A stretch of 64,000 nt of DNA, from contig OZ250173.1 in assembly GCA_965238075.1 (NCBI GenBank), positions 288,001-352,000 of the forward strand, given 5' to 3'. Under the pieces are notes generated by a model. That model saw only the letters and a program-made list of their open reading frames with translations, was not told the origin of the DNA and made no database searches. The translations under genes and the position numbers were made by a program. Positions 17,622-28,035 of the stretch are shown piece by piece; within the stretch, counting starts at the first letter, position 1, and each line of letters begins with the position of its first letter. The DNA is from Candidatus Entotheonellaceae bacterium. Its GTDB lineage: Bacteria; Tectomicrobia; Entotheonellia; Entotheonellales; Entotheonellaceae.

Positions 17622-18107
17622 CTAACGGGTCTGTAGTTCCACCCGGGTAACCCGCCGGCCATCGTAGGTGAAGCGGATTTCGAATCCGACCGCGCCGCCG
17701 AGGCAGGCACTCCGGCAACGTAAAGCGTAGCGCACCATCCAGGGCGCGCCAATACCGCTTGGACGCATGAAACGCGCTGTGGTGTCGTTGTGGGCTTTGA
17801 ATTCGCTCACATACCGCCGCACGGCCTCCCAATGCTGCGGCTCCCGGCACGACAGGGCGGGCTGCAACGGCTCATCCGATGCATTCCCTATGTGCCGGGT
17901 CATGACGCTGTCCATGGCAATTCTACAATCCGGGTGGAATTGCTCCAGGACGGCTTTTTCCGGTGCCGCGGGGCTGACCATGTCCAGCATCAACGCCTCA
18001 CCGTCCAGCCAAGTGTCCCGCACCTCCTGCCCCGTCACCAGCGCCGAAGCCAGCCCCATGAAGAGCAAGAAAAAAATCGCAACCGGTATCCGGGCCATGC
18101 GTCTCAA
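17622..18107 (-). CDS. hypothetical exported protein
   Basis: Hydrophobic N-terminus; overlaps the stop of the upstream hydrolase; four Cys. Confidence 0.55.
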   Translation of the reverse strand: MRRMARIPVAIFFLLFMGLASALVTGQEVRDTWLDGEALMLDMVSPAAPEKAVLEQFHPDCRIAMDSVMTRHIGNASDEPLQPALSCREPQHWEAVRRYVSEFKAHNDTTARFMRPSGIGAPWMVRYALRCRSACLGGAVGFEIRFTYDGRRVTRVELQTR

Positions 18108-18976
18108 CCCATGTGCTTGTGAACGAACTCGATAATCTGCGTGACGGCCTGACCGGCGGCCGCCGAGGTCGGATTGCGGTTGATGAAGCCTTCTGCCTCG
18201 CCGTCGAACAACTTCAGATCAACCTGTCCGCCGGCCTTCCGGTAATGCTCGACGAAGCGGTCCAGGTCGGGACGGGGATGCGCCACGTCCTCGGTGCCCT
18301 GCACGTAAAGTACGGGCGGCATCTCAACCGTCTCGCCGCGCTCGAGAGCCAGCACCGGGTTGCCCTCAGCCATGGCCTCTTCGTCTTGCCAGTACTGGTC
18401 GTGCAAGGGTAGAACCCGGTCAACGAGTTCCGGGTAAGGCTCACCGCTGTCCCGCAGGTTCTTGGCATAGTGGTAGCGCGCCAGGGGATCAATGACCGGC
18501 GAGCACAGGATGACGTAATCCAGGCCCATCTCCACATCCGTGGCGCCGTAGGGCGGCTTGAAGGCAGCGTAACGCGGGTCATGCGGCCGCATGGCCAGCA
18601 ACATCGCCTGGTGGCCGCCGCTGGAGACGCCGAGGGCGCCCACTTTGTCCACACGAAGGCCCAGCGTGTCTGCCCGCGTTTTCAACCAGCGGATGCCGTA
18701 GTGGATGTCCGTCAACGAACCCGGATACGGCGCATCGGGCGGCATGCGAAAATCGAGCGCCGCCACCGCTACCCCGCTGCGCGCCAGCGCCTCGCTGATA
18801 ACCACGTCGTTCAACCGGTCACCACGGCACCAGGCGCCGCCGTGAAGATCCACCAGCAGCGGAAACGGTCCCTCGCCGCGCGGCTTGTAAAGACGTGCCA
18901 GCAATGCCTTGTTGCCAAAACGCAGGTATTCGATGTCTTCCACTTCGATATCGTGAACGGTCAGGGCTGCCGTCAT
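18104..18976 (-). CDS. alpha/beta hydrolase (HSL-like esterase)
   Basis: LHGGAW oxyanion motif, GVSSGG nucleophile, QGTED; GGAGGAG RBS. Confidence 0.9.
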   Translation of the reverse strand: MTAALTVHDIEVEDIEYLRFGNKALLARLYKPRGEGPFPLLVDLHGGAWCRGDRLNDVVISEALARSGVAVAALDFRMPPDAPYPGSLTDIHYGIRWLKTRADTLGLRVDKVGALGVSSGGHQAMLLAMRPHDPRYAAFKPPYGATDVEMGLDYVILCSPVIDPLARYHYAKNLRDSGEPYPELVDRVLPLHDQYWQDEEAMAEGNPVLALERGETVEMPPVLYVQGTEDVAHPRPDLDRFVEHYRKAGGQVDLKLFDGEAEGFINRNPTSAAAGQAVTQIIEFVHKHMG

Positions 18977-19134
18977 GCGCTCCTCCTCCCGAATACGTCT
19001 TCCTTTTCGGGTCCGTCCTACCCACTCGTCACACCGGAGTTGCTTTTAAGGGTAGGTTCTTAACCCGACCTTCCTTAAAATGTACGTCTCAATCATCACC
19101 GAATCATCTAGCCAACACAAGGAAGGAAGCATCC

Positions 19135-19656
19135 ATGCAGCAACTCGACATCCTGGCTTCAGCCTTGCAGCTGAACGCCGGCCTGGTTCAACGAGCCCTC
19201 GACGGACTCTCCGACGATGACCTCACCAAGCGCCCCGGCGACCAGTGCAACCCCATCGGCTGGACCCTTTGGCATCAATACCGTTACGAAGACGGAGTTG
19301 TCTCCGGCATCACCGGCGAACAGCAGGTCTGGCTCTCCGAGGGCTGGCACGACAAGTTCGGCATGTCCGCCGACGCGGACCAGCTCGGCATGGGTAATTC
19401 GTTGGAACAAGTCGGCGCCTTTCGCGCCACGCTCGCCAACTTGCAGGGATACGGCGCTGCGGTACGTGAAAAAACCCTGGCGTGCCTGCAAACCATCACG
19501 CCCGAAGAACTTGAACGCGAGCTGGAGGCACCGGGCGGCGCGACACGCACGGCCGGCGCTTCCTTGGGCGTTCTGCTACTCGACCACTTCCATCATAGCG
19601 GTCAGGTGTGCTATCTGCGGGGATTCATCACGGGCAAGGGCTGGTTTGCGGCCTGA
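19135..19656 (+). CDS. DinB family protein
   Basis: NPIGWTLWH...ED, HFHHSGQVCYLRG metal-binding His pattern; AAGGA RBS. Confidence 0.85.
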   Translation: MQQLDILASALQLNAGLVQRALDGLSDDDLTKRPGDQCNPIGWTLWHQYRYEDGVVSGITGEQQVWLSEGWHDKFGMSADADQLGMGNSLEQVGAFRATLANLQGYGAAVREKTLACLQTITPEELERELEAPGGATRTAGASLGVLLLDHFHHSGQVCYLRGFITGKGWFAA

Positions 19657-19674
19657 TCGGCCTCTCGACGTGCC

Positions 19675-19700
19675 AAGGGCCGCGACGGTGCGCGGCCCTT
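19675..19700. terminator. hairpin between convergent dinB-like gene and tRNAs
   Basis: aagggccgcg-acggtg-cgcggccctt 10-bp stem. Confidence 0.65.
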
Positions 19701-19732
19701 TGGAATTCCAAAACCAAGAACTGTAGGGAAAG

Positions 19733-19807
19733 CGTCCCCAAGGGGATTTGAACCCCTGTTGCCGGCGTGAAAGGCCGGTGTCCTAGGCCTGGCTAGACGA
19801 TGGGGAC
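19733..19807 (-). tRNA. tRNA-Glu(TTC)
   Basis: Reverse complement GTCCCCATCGTCTAG...CCGGCCTTTCACGCCGG...GGTTCAAATCCCCTTGGGGACG folds as a cloverleaf. Confidence 0.95.
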
Positions 19808-19817
19808 GACGGAAAGG

Positions 19818-19890
19818 TGAGCCGTGCTGGACTCGAACCAGCGACCCGCTGCTTAAAAGGCAGCTGCTCTACCACCTGAGCTAACGGCCC
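19818..19890 (-). tRNA. tRNA-Lys(TTT)
   Basis: Reverse complement GGGCCGTTAGCTCAGGTGGTAGAGCAGCTGCCTTTTAAGCAGC...GGTTCGAGTCC. Confidence 0.95.
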
Positions 19891-19946
19891 GTCGAGGACG
19901 CTGGTCTCTGACGAGATTTACATAGCCTGCAACTGCATGAATCATA

Positions 19947-19975
19947 AGCATAATAACTGGATTTCGACCTGTCAA
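19947..19975 (-). promoter_or_regulatory. sigma70-type promoter of the tRNA-Lys/Glu pair
   Basis: TTGACA-17 nt-TATGCT on the minus strand. Confidence 0.7.
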
Positions 19976-20005
19976 CCTGTGCCGCCGGCCCGCCCAAAAT
20001 CCTTC

Positions 20006-20034
20006 TTGCACCACCGGGGTCCCTTTGATAAGGT
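20006..20034 (+). promoter_or_regulatory. putative sigma70 promoter of the ilvE operon
   Basis: TTGCAC-17 nt-TAAGGT with extended TG. Confidence 0.45.
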
Positions 20035-20111
20035 GACGCCCCTTTCAATTACCAAAGGCGAGGAAGTCTAAGCGGGTAGCGGCATTTTATGTGCCTTGGG
20101 GAGGAACCAGC

Positions 20112-21026
20112 ATGGAGGCCACCAAGAAAATCTGGATGGACGGCACGTTCGTAGATTGGGACAATGCTCAAGTTCACGTCCTCAGCCATACACTGCATTA
20201 CGGCTTGGGCGTATTCGAGGGCATCCGGTGCTACGATACCGCTGCCGGCCCCGCCATTTTCCGCCTCCCCGAACATATCGACCGCTTGTTCAACTCGGCG
20301 CACATCGCGGGACTTAAAATGCCGTTCAACCGTGAGGCGATTGGCCAAGCCATCGTCGACGCCGTGAAGGTCAACGAGGTGCGCGAATGTTACATCCGCC
20401 CCCTTGTTTACCTGGGCTACGGCGAGCTCGGCATCAATAACAGCCACTGCCCGGTGTGTGTCAGCATCGCGGTGTGGCCTTGGGGTGCATATCTGGGCGA
20501 GGGCGCCCTTACCGAGGGCATTCGCGTGTGCATCTCTTCCTACACCCGGCACCACGTCAACGTCATGATGACCAAGGCAAAGGTGGTCGGCAATTACGCC
20601 AATTCGCAGTTTGCCAAGATGGAAGCCATTCACTCCGGCTACGACGAAGCGATCATGCTCGACGTGCAGGGCAACGTCGGCGAAGGCTCCGGCGAGAACA
20701 TCTTCATCGTGCGCGACGGCATCCTCAAGACGCCCCCGCTGACCGCCATCTTGGAAGGCATCACGCGTAACTCCGTCATCGACTTGGCGCGCAACATGGG
20801 GCTCACCGTGCGGGAAACCGTCTTTTCCCGCGATGAGCTGTACATCGCCGACGAGGTGTTCTTCACCGGCACCGCGGCGGAACTGACACCCATCCGTGAA
20901 GTCGACAACCGCGCGATCGGCAATGGCCTTCCCGGACCGATAACTCACAAGCTACAACAAGCCTTTTTCCGAATCGTGCAGGGCAAGGACGACGCGTTCA
21001 AGTCCTGGCTAACCCTCATCACGTAA
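20112..21026 (+). CDS. ilvE: branched-chain amino acid aminotransferase
   Basis: [46 protein letters not shown]. Confidence 0.96.
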   Translation: MEATKKIWMDGTFVDWDNAQVHVLSHTLHYGLGVFEGIRCYDTAAGPAIFRLPEHIDRLFNSAHIAGLKMPFNREAIGQAIVDAVKVNEVRECYIRPLVYLGYGELGINNSHCPVCVSIAVWPWGAYLGEGALTEGIRVCISSYTRHHVNVMMTKAKVVGNYANSQFAKMEAIHSGYDEAIMLDVQGNVGEGSGENIFIVRDGILKTPPLTAILEGITRNSVIDLARNMGLTVRETVFSRDELYIADEVFFTGTAAELTPIREVDNRAIGNGLPGPITHKLQQAFFRIVQGKDDAFKSWLTLIT

Positions 21027-21084
21027 AACCCAACGCGAACGACCACCCCTCGGTCCGCGGCCTGTTTACAAGAAGGAAGAAAGT

Positions 21085-21795
21085 ATGGTTTACGCCAAAA
21101 TTTTGGCTGTAGATCAAGATCAGGCCGCCTATGAACCCTTGCTGCCGGAATTGTCCAGGCACGGCTACGAACTCCACCCCGTAACCACATCCTCCAAAGC
21201 CATCGCCCTCGCTGCCGCACATGACTACCACGCGGCCTTCGTATCGTTCACGCTGCTTGATGTCCACCTGCTGCTGGCCGATTTGCGGGACGCCATTCCA
21301 CACTTGCCAATCATTCTGGCGATGTCCGCGGACCACAACGGCATTCCCTCCCAAACCTTGAAACTGGTGACGAACGTTGTCGGCAAGCCGTTAAGCCTCG
21401 AACCGGTGCGCCTGATGCTCGACCGCACCCTGGAATTGGCCGCGCTGCGTGCGCAGCTACGAGAAGAACGGCACATGTTGAACCTGAACGACATACTGCA
21501 AATTACCCTTGACGGGGTCGACGGCGCCAGTCTGCAAATGCAGGGATTGTGGTCGGAAACACTGGTCAGCAGGTTGCATCGCCTCGTGCGAAGCGTCAGG
21601 GAAATCGGCAGCGGCTCCATACACCACACGGTCTTGTCGTGCTTCGAAAGACTGCTGCTGGCCATCGTTCTCGCGGAATGTCGGGGCAATCAGGTCAAGT
21701 CGGCAGCCATCCTGGGCATCAATCGCAATACCCTGCGCAAGAAGATCTCCGCCCTTGGACTGTCGGACCTGCGCAGCCGCATGCCGCAACAATGA
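21085..21795 (+). CDS. degenerate receiver domain fused to Fis-type HTH
   Basis: N-term KILAVDQD...VVGKPL receiver-like; C-term GNQVKSAAILGINRNTLRKKI. Confidence 0.8.
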   Translation: MVYAKILAVDQDQAAYEPLLPELSRHGYELHPVTTSSKAIALAAAHDYHAAFVSFTLLDVHLLLADLRDAIPHLPIILAMSADHNGIPSQTLKLVTNVVGKPLSLEPVRLMLDRTLELAALRAQLREERHMLNLNDILQITLDGVDGASLQMQGLWSETLVSRLHRLVRSVREIGSGSIHHTVLSCFERLLLAIVLAECRGNQVKSAAILGINRNTLRKKISALGLSDLRSRMPQQ

Positions 21796-22553
21796 CTCAC
21801 GCCTTACCCTCTCTTGCTGTCGTCGTCCTTGCCGCCGGCAAAGGCACTCGCATGCGGTCCCCCCTCGCCAAAGTCTTGCATCCATTGGCCGGCTGTCCCC
21901 TCCTCGCGCACGTGCTAAAGGCCGTGCGGCCTTTGAAGCCGCGTCACCTCGTTACGGTGGTAGGCCATCAGGCCGATGCCGTGCGGCGCGTGTGCGAGCG
22001 CTTCGGAGCGTGCTGCGTGGTGCAGGAACCGCAGCTAGGTACCGGGCACGCGGTGGCGCAGACGGAAAGCGTGCTGCGAGACTTCGACGGCGTCGTCTTG
22101 GTACTGTGCGGTGACGTGCCGCTGCTGCGCACGGCGACCCTGCACCGCTTGCTCGAAGCGCATCGTGAGCATCAGGCGACGCTCACGATACTGACAACGC
22201 ACGTGGATGACCCGACGGGTTACGGTCGCATCTTGCGGGACGGCCAGGGCGGTGTCGCCGGCATCGTCGAAGAGCGAGATGCCACGGCAAGCCAGAAAGC
22301 GGCGTGCGAGATCAACAGCGGCGTGTACTGCTGGCAGGCTTCCTTTCTGTTTGCCGCCCTGCCCCGCGTCGGGCGGCGCAACGCACAGGGCGAGCAGTAT
22401 CTGACCGATGTTGTCAGGTTGGCAGCAGCAGACGGGTGGCCCGTTGCAGACGTCGCCACGGAGCCAGAAGAAATTCTGGGCGTCAACACCCCGGCAGATT
22501 TGGGGCGCCTTGAAACCCTCTTGCGCAACCGGCGCAGCAACGAACCATCATGA
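21792..22553 (+). CDS. glmU: GlmU-like N-acetylglucosamine-1-phosphate uridyltransferase domain only
   Basis: LAAGKGTRMRS...KVLHP, QLGTGHAV, GDVPL, GYGRI, EINSGVY, YLTD, GVNT; stops before any hexapeptide acetyltransferase domain. Confidence 0.85.
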   Translation: MTHALPSLAVVVLAAGKGTRMRSPLAKVLHPLAGCPLLAHVLKAVRPLKPRHLVTVVGHQADAVRRVCERFGACCVVQEPQLGTGHAVAQTESVLRDFDGVVLVLCGDVPLLRTATLHRLLEAHREHQATLTILTTHVDDPTGYGRILRDGQGGVAGIVEERDATASQKAACEINSGVYCWQASFLFAALPRVGRRNAQGEQYLTDVVRLAAADGWPVADVATEPEEILGVNTPADLGRLETLLRNRRSNEPS

Positions 22554-24751
22554 CATCCCCCTGGCAGCCCCAGCTCAACACGCCGCAGTGGGAAGCGGTG
22601 CAGCACACCGAGGGCCCCGTTCTTATTCTGGCCGGTGCCGGTTCGGGGAAAACGCGCGTCATCACCCACCGCATCGCCCACCTGATCCGCAACTGCGGGG
22701 TGCACGGCGAACAGATCCTGGCGGTGACATTCACCAACAAAGCGGCCCAGGAAATGCGGGAGCGGGTACACGGCTTGCTCGGCGCTACCAGCTTTCCACT
22801 GTGGCTCAGCACGTTCCACGCCGCCTGCGCGCGCCTGTTGCGCCGTGAAGCCGAGCACCTTGGCCTCGCGCCCAATTTCGTCATCTACGACGCGGCGGAT
22901 CAACTGTCGCTGGTCAAACTATGCGTCCGCGATCTGGAAATCGCCGACGACCTGTACGCCCCGCAACAGATCCGACGCCGCATCAGCACCTTGAAGAACG
23001 ACCTCGTCGACGCCGAAGCATTCCAGCGCGACGCGGAAAATTATGGGCTGGACGCTGTTGTCGCCCGCGTGTACGGCGTCTACCAGGAGCGCCTGCGCGA
23101 GAACGCCGCCCTTGATTTTGACGATCTGCTGATGCTCACCGTCCAGATGCTGCGCCGCCATGACGCCATCCGGCAGCGCTACCAGCACCGCCTGCGCTTC
23201 ATCATGGTGGACGAGTACCAGGACACCAACATGGCGCAATATCACCTGCTCAACCTGCTGGCGGCGGAGCACCGCAACCTGTGTGTGGTGGGCGATGACG
23301 ACCAGAGCGTGTACCGCTTTCGCGGCGCCAATGTACGCAACATCCTCAACTTCGAGCGCGACTACCCCGACGCCAAAGTTATCAAATTAGAACAGAATTA
23401 TCGCTCGACGGGCACCATCCTCGAAGCCGCGACCGCGGTGGTATCGAAAAACCCAGACCGGCGGGACAAGACCCTGTGGACGGCAAACACCCGCGGCGTG
23501 CCCATCGGCTACTTCTGCGCCCAGGACGACACGCACGAGGCCGAAGTCATCTGCCAGAACATTCTGGGACTGCAGAAGGCCGAGGGTTTGGCGTTGAAAG
23601 ACTTCGCCGTCTTCTACCGTATCAACGCGCAGTCGCGGGTGCTGGAAGACGGCCTGCGGCGCGCCGACATTCCGTACCAGATCGTCGGCGGCCTGCGGTT
23701 CTACGACCGCCAGGAAATCAAGGACGCCCTGGCATACATGCGCTTGCTGACCAATCCACAGGATACCTTGAGCCTGCGGCGCATCATCAACGTGCCGCGG
23801 CGTGGCATCGGCAACACGACCTGGGCACGGCTGGAAGCGCTGGCACAGGAAAACGGCATCAGCGGCATTGAGGCATTGGAACGGATCGTGGACGGCGAGG
23901 CGGACGCCGGTATCGGCAAGGCCGCCCTCGGACGCCTACGGGGTTTTCACGAGTTCCTGCAGGATCTGATGGCCAAAGTTTCCGACATGGCAGCGGCAGA
24001 CCTCATATACGAGGTACTCGAGGCCAGCGGCTACCTGGCACAACTGAAAGCCGACCGAACTGTAGAGGCGCAAACACGGCTGGAGAACCTGAGCGAGCTG
24101 GTGAACGCCGCCGCCGACTACGATCAGCAGGTCGATGAACCAACCTTGCAGGGCTTTCTGGAGCACACGGCCCTGGTTTCGGACCAGGACAGCCTGCAGG
24201 ACGACCGCGCCGCCGTGACGCTGATGACCCTGCACGCCTCGAAGGGCCTGGAATTTCCGGTGGTGTTCATCGCCGGCATGGAAAACGGCCTGTTCCCGCA
24301 CAGCCGCTCGTTCAATGAACCCCTCGAGATGGAGGAAGAGCGACGCCTTTGCTACGTGGGCATGACGCGCGCCGAACGCTGGCTCTTCCTCACCAGCGCA
24401 GTTTCGCGACGTTTGTACGGAAACGAGCAGCACCAGATGCCGTCGGCGTTTTTGCTGGATATTCCCATGACGTGCATTACCAATCATTCGGCGCAGCCGG
24501 AAGTGTCCAGCCATGAGGAGCGCCGTCATAGAGCGCCGCACGTGGTGTCGGCGCCGCGCCGTGCTCAGTCGTCGCCATCAGTGCCGGCGGAGAACTTAGC
24601 CGCTGGCGCCGTCGTCCAGCATGCGCAGTTCGGCCGCGGCGTCGTGCAGAAATGCGAGGGCGAAGGCGATGCCCTGAAGCTCACGATCGTCTTCAGCGAC
24701 TACGGCGTCAAGAAGATCATGCCGAAGTACGCCAGCATGCAAGTGCTGTGA
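22550..24751 (+). CDS. pcrA: ATP-dependent DNA helicase PcrA/UvrD
   Basis: AGAGSGKT, TFTNKAA, VDEYQD, VGDDDQS, LEQNYRS, TLHASKGLEF, EEERRLCYV. Confidence 0.95.
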   Translation: MTSPWQPQLNTPQWEAVQHTEGPVLILAGAGSGKTRVITHRIAHLIRNCGVHGEQILAVTFTNKAAQEMRERVHGLLGATSFPLWLSTFHAACARLLRREAEHLGLAPNFVIYDAADQLSLVKLCVRDLEIADDLYAPQQIRRRISTLKNDLVDAEAFQRDAENYGLDAVVARVYGVYQERLRENAALDFDDLLMLTVQMLRRHDAIRQRYQHRLRFIMVDEYQDTNMAQYHLLNLLAAEHRNLCVVGDDDQSVYRFRGANVRNILNFERDYPDAKVIKLEQNYRSTGTILEAATAVVSKNPDRRDKTLWTANTRGVPIGYFCAQDDTHEAEVICQNILGLQKAEGLALKDFAVFYRINAQSRVLEDGLRRADIPYQIVGGLRFYDRQEIKDALAYMRLLTNPQDTLSLRRIINVPRRGIGNTTWARLEALAQENGISGIEALERIVDGEADAGIGKAALGRLRGFHEFLQDLMAKVSDMAAADLIYEVLEASGYLAQLKADRTVEAQTRLENLSELVNAAADYDQQVDEPTLQGFLEHTALVSDQDSLQDDRAAVTLMTLHASKGLEFPVVFIAGMENGLFPHSRSFNEPLEMEEERRLCYVGMTRAERWLFLTSAVSRRLYGNEQHQMPSAFLLDIPMTCITNHSAQPEVSSHEERRHRAPHVVSAPRRAQSSPSVPAENLAAGAVVQHAQFGRGVVQKCEGEGDALKLTIVFSDYGVKKIMPKYASMQVL

Positions 24752-24768
24752 GGGAGAAAGACACTGGT

Positions 24769-25068
24769 ATGACCGATGGGCGTATCATTTCCGAACAACA
24801 GGTAGCGCACATCGCTCGTCTGGCCCGCTTGGCCCTGGATGCCGATGAGCAACGGCGGCTCACCGATCAGTTGAACGCCATTCTGACCTACATGAAGCAG
24901 TTGAACGAGGTGCCGACCGAGGACGTGGAACCGACGGCGCACGTTTTCGACCTCGTCAACGTCTACCGCGCCGACGAGACGCGCCGCACCCTAACCGCTG
25001 ATGCGGCCCTGTCCAACGCCCCGGAAACGGAGCAACGCTTCTTCGTCGTACCCCGGATCGTGGAGTAA
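24769..25068 (+). CDS. gatC: Asp/Glu-tRNA amidotransferase subunit C
   Basis: [10 protein letters not shown]...VEPTAH...NAPE...FFVVPRIVE; precedes gatA. Confidence 0.93.
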   Translation: MTDGRIISEQQVAHIARLARLALDADEQRRLTDQLNAILTYMKQLNEVPTEDVEPTAHVFDLVNVYRADETRRTLTADAALSNAPETEQRFFVVPRIVE

Positions 25069-25073
25069 CCGGC

Positions 25074-26570
25074 ATGTTAAGCATGAAGCCCATACACGTT
25101 CTCCACGAGCAGTTGGTCAGCGGCACGCTCAATGCAGTGGCTCTGACCGAGGCAGTGCTGGAGCACGTCGATGCCGTTGAGCCCGAGTTGAACACCTACG
25201 TCACGGTGACCGCCGAACAGGCGCGGCAGCAGGCCGCCGAAGCAGCCGACGCCTTCGCGCGTGGCGAGGTGCGCTCGCCGCTGCAGGGCATCCCCCTGGC
25301 CATCAAGGACAACATCTGCACCCGGGGCGTGCGCACGACCTGCGCTTCCCGCATCTTGGAACATTTTGTGCCGCCGTATGACGCCACTGTCATGCAGCGC
25401 CTGCAAGCGGCCGGCGCGGTGATGATCGGCAAGGCGAACATGGACGAATTCGCCATGGGATCATCGACTGAAACTTCCCATTTCGGGGCAACCCGCAACC
25501 CGTGGGGCGATTTGGAATACGTGCCCGGCGGTTCCAGCGGCGGCCCGGCCGCGGCAGTGAGCGCCGGGTTGTGCGCGGCAGCCTTAGGTTCGGACACCGG
25601 CGGCTCCATCCGCCAGCCGGCAGCGATGACCGGCGTCGTGGGTCTGAAACCGACCTACGGCCGCGTATCCCGCTTCGGCCTGGTAGCGTTCGCTTCCTCG
25701 CTCGATCAGATCGGCCCGCTGACCCAGGACGTGCACGACGCCGCCCTGCTGTTGCAAGCCATCGCCGGACACGACCCGCATGACTCCACCTCCGGGGATG
25801 TCCCGGTGCCGGATTACACCGAGGCCCTGGATCGCGGTGTTGAGGGGCTGAAGCTCGGTGTCCCCCGCGAATACTTCGTAGCAGGCATGAACGCCGAGAT
25901 CGAGGCCGCCGTGCGCGCCGGCATCGAAACGCTGAGCCAAGCGGGCGCCGAACTCATCGACGTATCACTGCCCCACACCCCGTACGCCGTCGCCACCTAC
26001 TACATCCTGGCCAACGCCGAGGCCAGCGCCAACCTGGCGCGCTACGACGGGGTGCGCTTCGGCTTTCGCGCCGCCGAGCCCGCCGACCTGTCGGACATGT
26101 ACATGCGCACCCGCGCCGAGGGGTTCGGGGCGGAGGTGAAGCGGCGTATCATGCTGGGAACGTACGCGCTGAGTTCGGGGTACTACGATGCCTATTACAA
26201 GAAGGCGCAGCAGGTGCGCACTCTGTTTCGCCAGGATTTTCAGCGCGCCTTCGCCGATTGTGACGCCCTGCTTACGCCGGTGTCGCCGACCCCGGCTTTC
26301 CGTCTCGGCGAACGGCTGGACGACCCGCTGCAAATGTATCTGGCCGACATTTTCACCATCCCCATGAACCTTGCGGGGATTCCGGCCTTGTCGGTACCCT
26401 GCGGCCTGACGACGGATGGACTGCCGATTGGCTTGCAGATTGCCGCCCCGCCCTTTCGTGAAGATGTGCTCCTGCAAGTCGGCGCGGCCTTCGAAGCGAT
26501 CACCGATTTCCATACCTTGAAGCCGAATGGCCTGCCGGTGACCTGCAAGGGAGACGGTTATGGACTATGA
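25074..26570 (+). CDS. gatA: Asp/Glu-tRNA amidotransferase subunit A
   Basis: [40 protein letters not shown]. Confidence 0.96.
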   Translation: MLSMKPIHVLHEQLVSGTLNAVALTEAVLEHVDAVEPELNTYVTVTAEQARQQAAEAADAFARGEVRSPLQGIPLAIKDNICTRGVRTTCASRILEHFVPPYDATVMQRLQAAGAVMIGKANMDEFAMGSSTETSHFGATRNPWGDLEYVPGGSSGGPAAAVSAGLCAAALGSDTGGSIRQPAAMTGVVGLKPTYGRVSRFGLVAFASSLDQIGPLTQDVHDAALLLQAIAGHDPHDSTSGDVPVPDYTEALDRGVEGLKLGVPREYFVAGMNAEIEAAVRAGIETLSQAGAELIDVSLPHTPYAVATYYILANAEASANLARYDGVRFGFRAAEPADLSDMYMRTRAEGFGAEVKRRIMLGTYALSSGYYDAYYKKAQQVRTLFRQDFQRAFADCDALLTPVSPTPAFRLGERLDDPLQMYLADIFTIPMNLAGIPALSVPCGLTTDGLPIGLQIAAPPFREDVLLQVGAAFEAITDFHTLKPNGLPVTCKGDGYGL

Positions 26571-27996
26571 ATGCGTCATTGGCTTGGAGGTGCACGCGCA
26601 ACTGCTGACCTACAGCAAACTGTTCTGCTCTTGCGCCACCACCTTTCAGGCCGGCCCGAATGACCAAACCTGCCCGGTTTGCCTCGGCCTGCCCGGTGTG
26701 TTACCTGTGCTCAATCGCCAAGCCGTCGAGTTGACCCTGCGCACCGGTCTCGCCATGCAGGGAACCGTGGCCGCCTTGAACCGTTTTGCGCGCAAAAATT
26801 ATTTTTATCCCGATCTACCAAAGGGGTATCAGATATCGCAGTTCGAAGAGCCGATCATTCAGGGCGGCTGTCTCGACATCGAGGTTGACGGCACGACCCG
26901 GCAGGTTTGCCTGAACCGGATCCACCTCGAAGAAGACGCTGGCAAATCCATTCACGGGGAAAATCTTGCTGACCCTAACAAGAGCTACCTCGACCTGAAC
27001 CGCACCGGCGTGCCGCTGATGGAGATCGTCAGCGCCCCGGACCTGCGATCGCCCGAGGAGGCCAGGGTCTACCTGCAAAAACTCAAGACGGTCCTGGAAT
27101 ATCTCGACGTGTGCGACGGCAACATGGAGGAAGGCAGCCTGCGCTGCGACGCCAACGTCTCCTTGCGGCCGGTGGGCACGGAAACCCTTGGCACTCGCAC
27201 CGAGATCAAGAATCTGAACTCGTTCCGCAACGTCCAACAGGCCATTGCCTACGAGATGGAACGGCAGCGCGACGTGCTGGAGAATGGCGGCAGCGTGGTG
27301 CAGGAAACGCGGTTGTTCGACGCCACGCGTGGCGTCACCCTGCCCATGCGCAGCAAGGAGGAGGCGCACGACTACCGCTACTTCCCGGAGCCCGACCTGG
27401 TGCCGCTGCAAATCGAGCCGGAGTGGATCGAGCGCGTGCGGCAGTCGATCCCCGAACTGCCCGACGCGCGGCGCCAGCGTTTCGTTTCGCAGTACGGCTT
27501 GCCGTCCTACGACGCCGACGTCCTCGTTGCCTCGCGCGCCGTGGCCGATTACTTCGAGGCCACCGTCGAGTTGTTCCCCCACCCCAAGATCGTCAGCAAC
27601 TGGGTCATGGGCGATTTTCTGCGCGAGTTGAATCAGGCCCACCACCGTCCAGACGAAGCCCCCGTCACCCCGACCCACTTGGCCGAATTGCTGCGCCTGA
27701 TCGACGACGGTACCATCAGCGGCAAAATCGCCAAGACAGTGTTCGAGGACATGTACCGCACCGGCAAGGGGGCTGGGGACATCGTCGCCGAGCAAGGGCT
27801 GGTGCAGATGAGCGACAGCGACGCCTTGCGGGAGGTCATCGAACAGGTGCTGGCCGGACACCCCGAACAGGTCGCCGCCTACCGCGCCGGTAAGGAAAAG
27901 CTGCTCGGCTTCTTTGTCGGCCAGACCATGAAAGCGACGCAGGGCAAGGCCAACCCGGCCATGGTCAACACGCTGCTGAGGCAACTGCTGCAGTGA
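26560..27996 (+). CDS. gatB: Asp/Glu-tRNA amidotransferase subunit B
   Basis: [43 protein letters not shown]. Confidence 0.96.
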   Translation: MDYECVIGLEVHAQLLTYSKLFCSCATTFQAGPNDQTCPVCLGLPGVLPVLNRQAVELTLRTGLAMQGTVAALNRFARKNYFYPDLPKGYQISQFEEPIIQGGCLDIEVDGTTRQVCLNRIHLEEDAGKSIHGENLADPNKSYLDLNRTGVPLMEIVSAPDLRSPEEARVYLQKLKTVLEYLDVCDGNMEEGSLRCDANVSLRPVGTETLGTRTEIKNLNSFRNVQQAIAYEMERQRDVLENGGSVVQETRLFDATRGVTLPMRSKEEAHDYRYFPEPDLVPLQIEPEWIERVRQSIPELPDARRQRFVSQYGLPSYDADVLVASRAVADYFEATVELFPHPKIVSNWVMGDFLRELNQAHHRPDEAPVTPTHLAELLRLIDDGTISGKIAKTVFEDMYRTGKGAGDIVAEQGLVQMSDSDALREVIEQVLAGHPEQVAAYRAGKEKLLGFFVGQTMKATQGKANPAMVNTLLRQLLQ

Positions 27997-28035
27997 AGGC
28001 TCCAGGATCAACCCCGGACCACGAGGGACGTGCCC

